Shown in pieces: positions 63,925 to 64,000 of a stretch of 64,000 nt of DNA (position 1 is the first letter of the stretch; every line of letters starts with the position of its first letter). The stretch comes from Anolis carolinensis (lineage: Eukaryota). The notes under the pieces were generated by a model. That model was not told the DNA's origin, did no database searches, and worked only from the letters and a program-made list of their open reading frames with translations. Location of the stretch: assembly GCF_035594765.1 (NCBI RefSeq), contig NC_085844.1, positions 231,958,107 through 232,022,106 on the forward strand, read 5' to 3'. A program made the position numbers and the translations under genes.

Positions 63925-64000
63925 TGAACATTGACAAGCTGGAATATATCCAGAGGAGAGCACCCGGAATTGTAAATGGTCTAGAAACCAAGACCCATGG
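63925..64000 (+). mobile_element. CR1 LINE RT fragment running off the window
   Basis: Translates as IDKLEYIQRRAPGIVNGLETKTH, equivalent to [22 protein letters not shown] in the young CR1. Confidence 0.85.

Overview
This is AT-rich vertebrate genomic DNA with four assembly gaps and no recognisable host protein-coding exon, rRNA or tRNA gene. The repeat content (Sauria-type SINE, 5S-headed SINE, CR1 with (ATTCTATG)n tails, L2, RTE, and many hAT, Tc1/mariner-Tigger and Harbinger-type MITEs) points to a squamate, most likely an Anolis lizard, in an intergenic or large-intron region. Repeat family names come from recalled consensus features, not a database search. The standout feature is at 10887-12625: a young solo LTR (TSD GTAGT) with a second solo LTR of the same family nested inside it (TSD GTCTT). 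Both copies carry an indel-free 86-codon ORF at the U3 end. The differences between the two ORF copies are skewed to synonymous changes, most strongly over a C-terminal RRSLRIAAK motif that resembles the HMGN nucleosome-binding core RRSARLSAK. The same LTR has E2F-type sites around a CCAAT/TATA-like box. My inference is that this LTR family encodes a selected peptide, or Pol tail, that may tether to chromatin.
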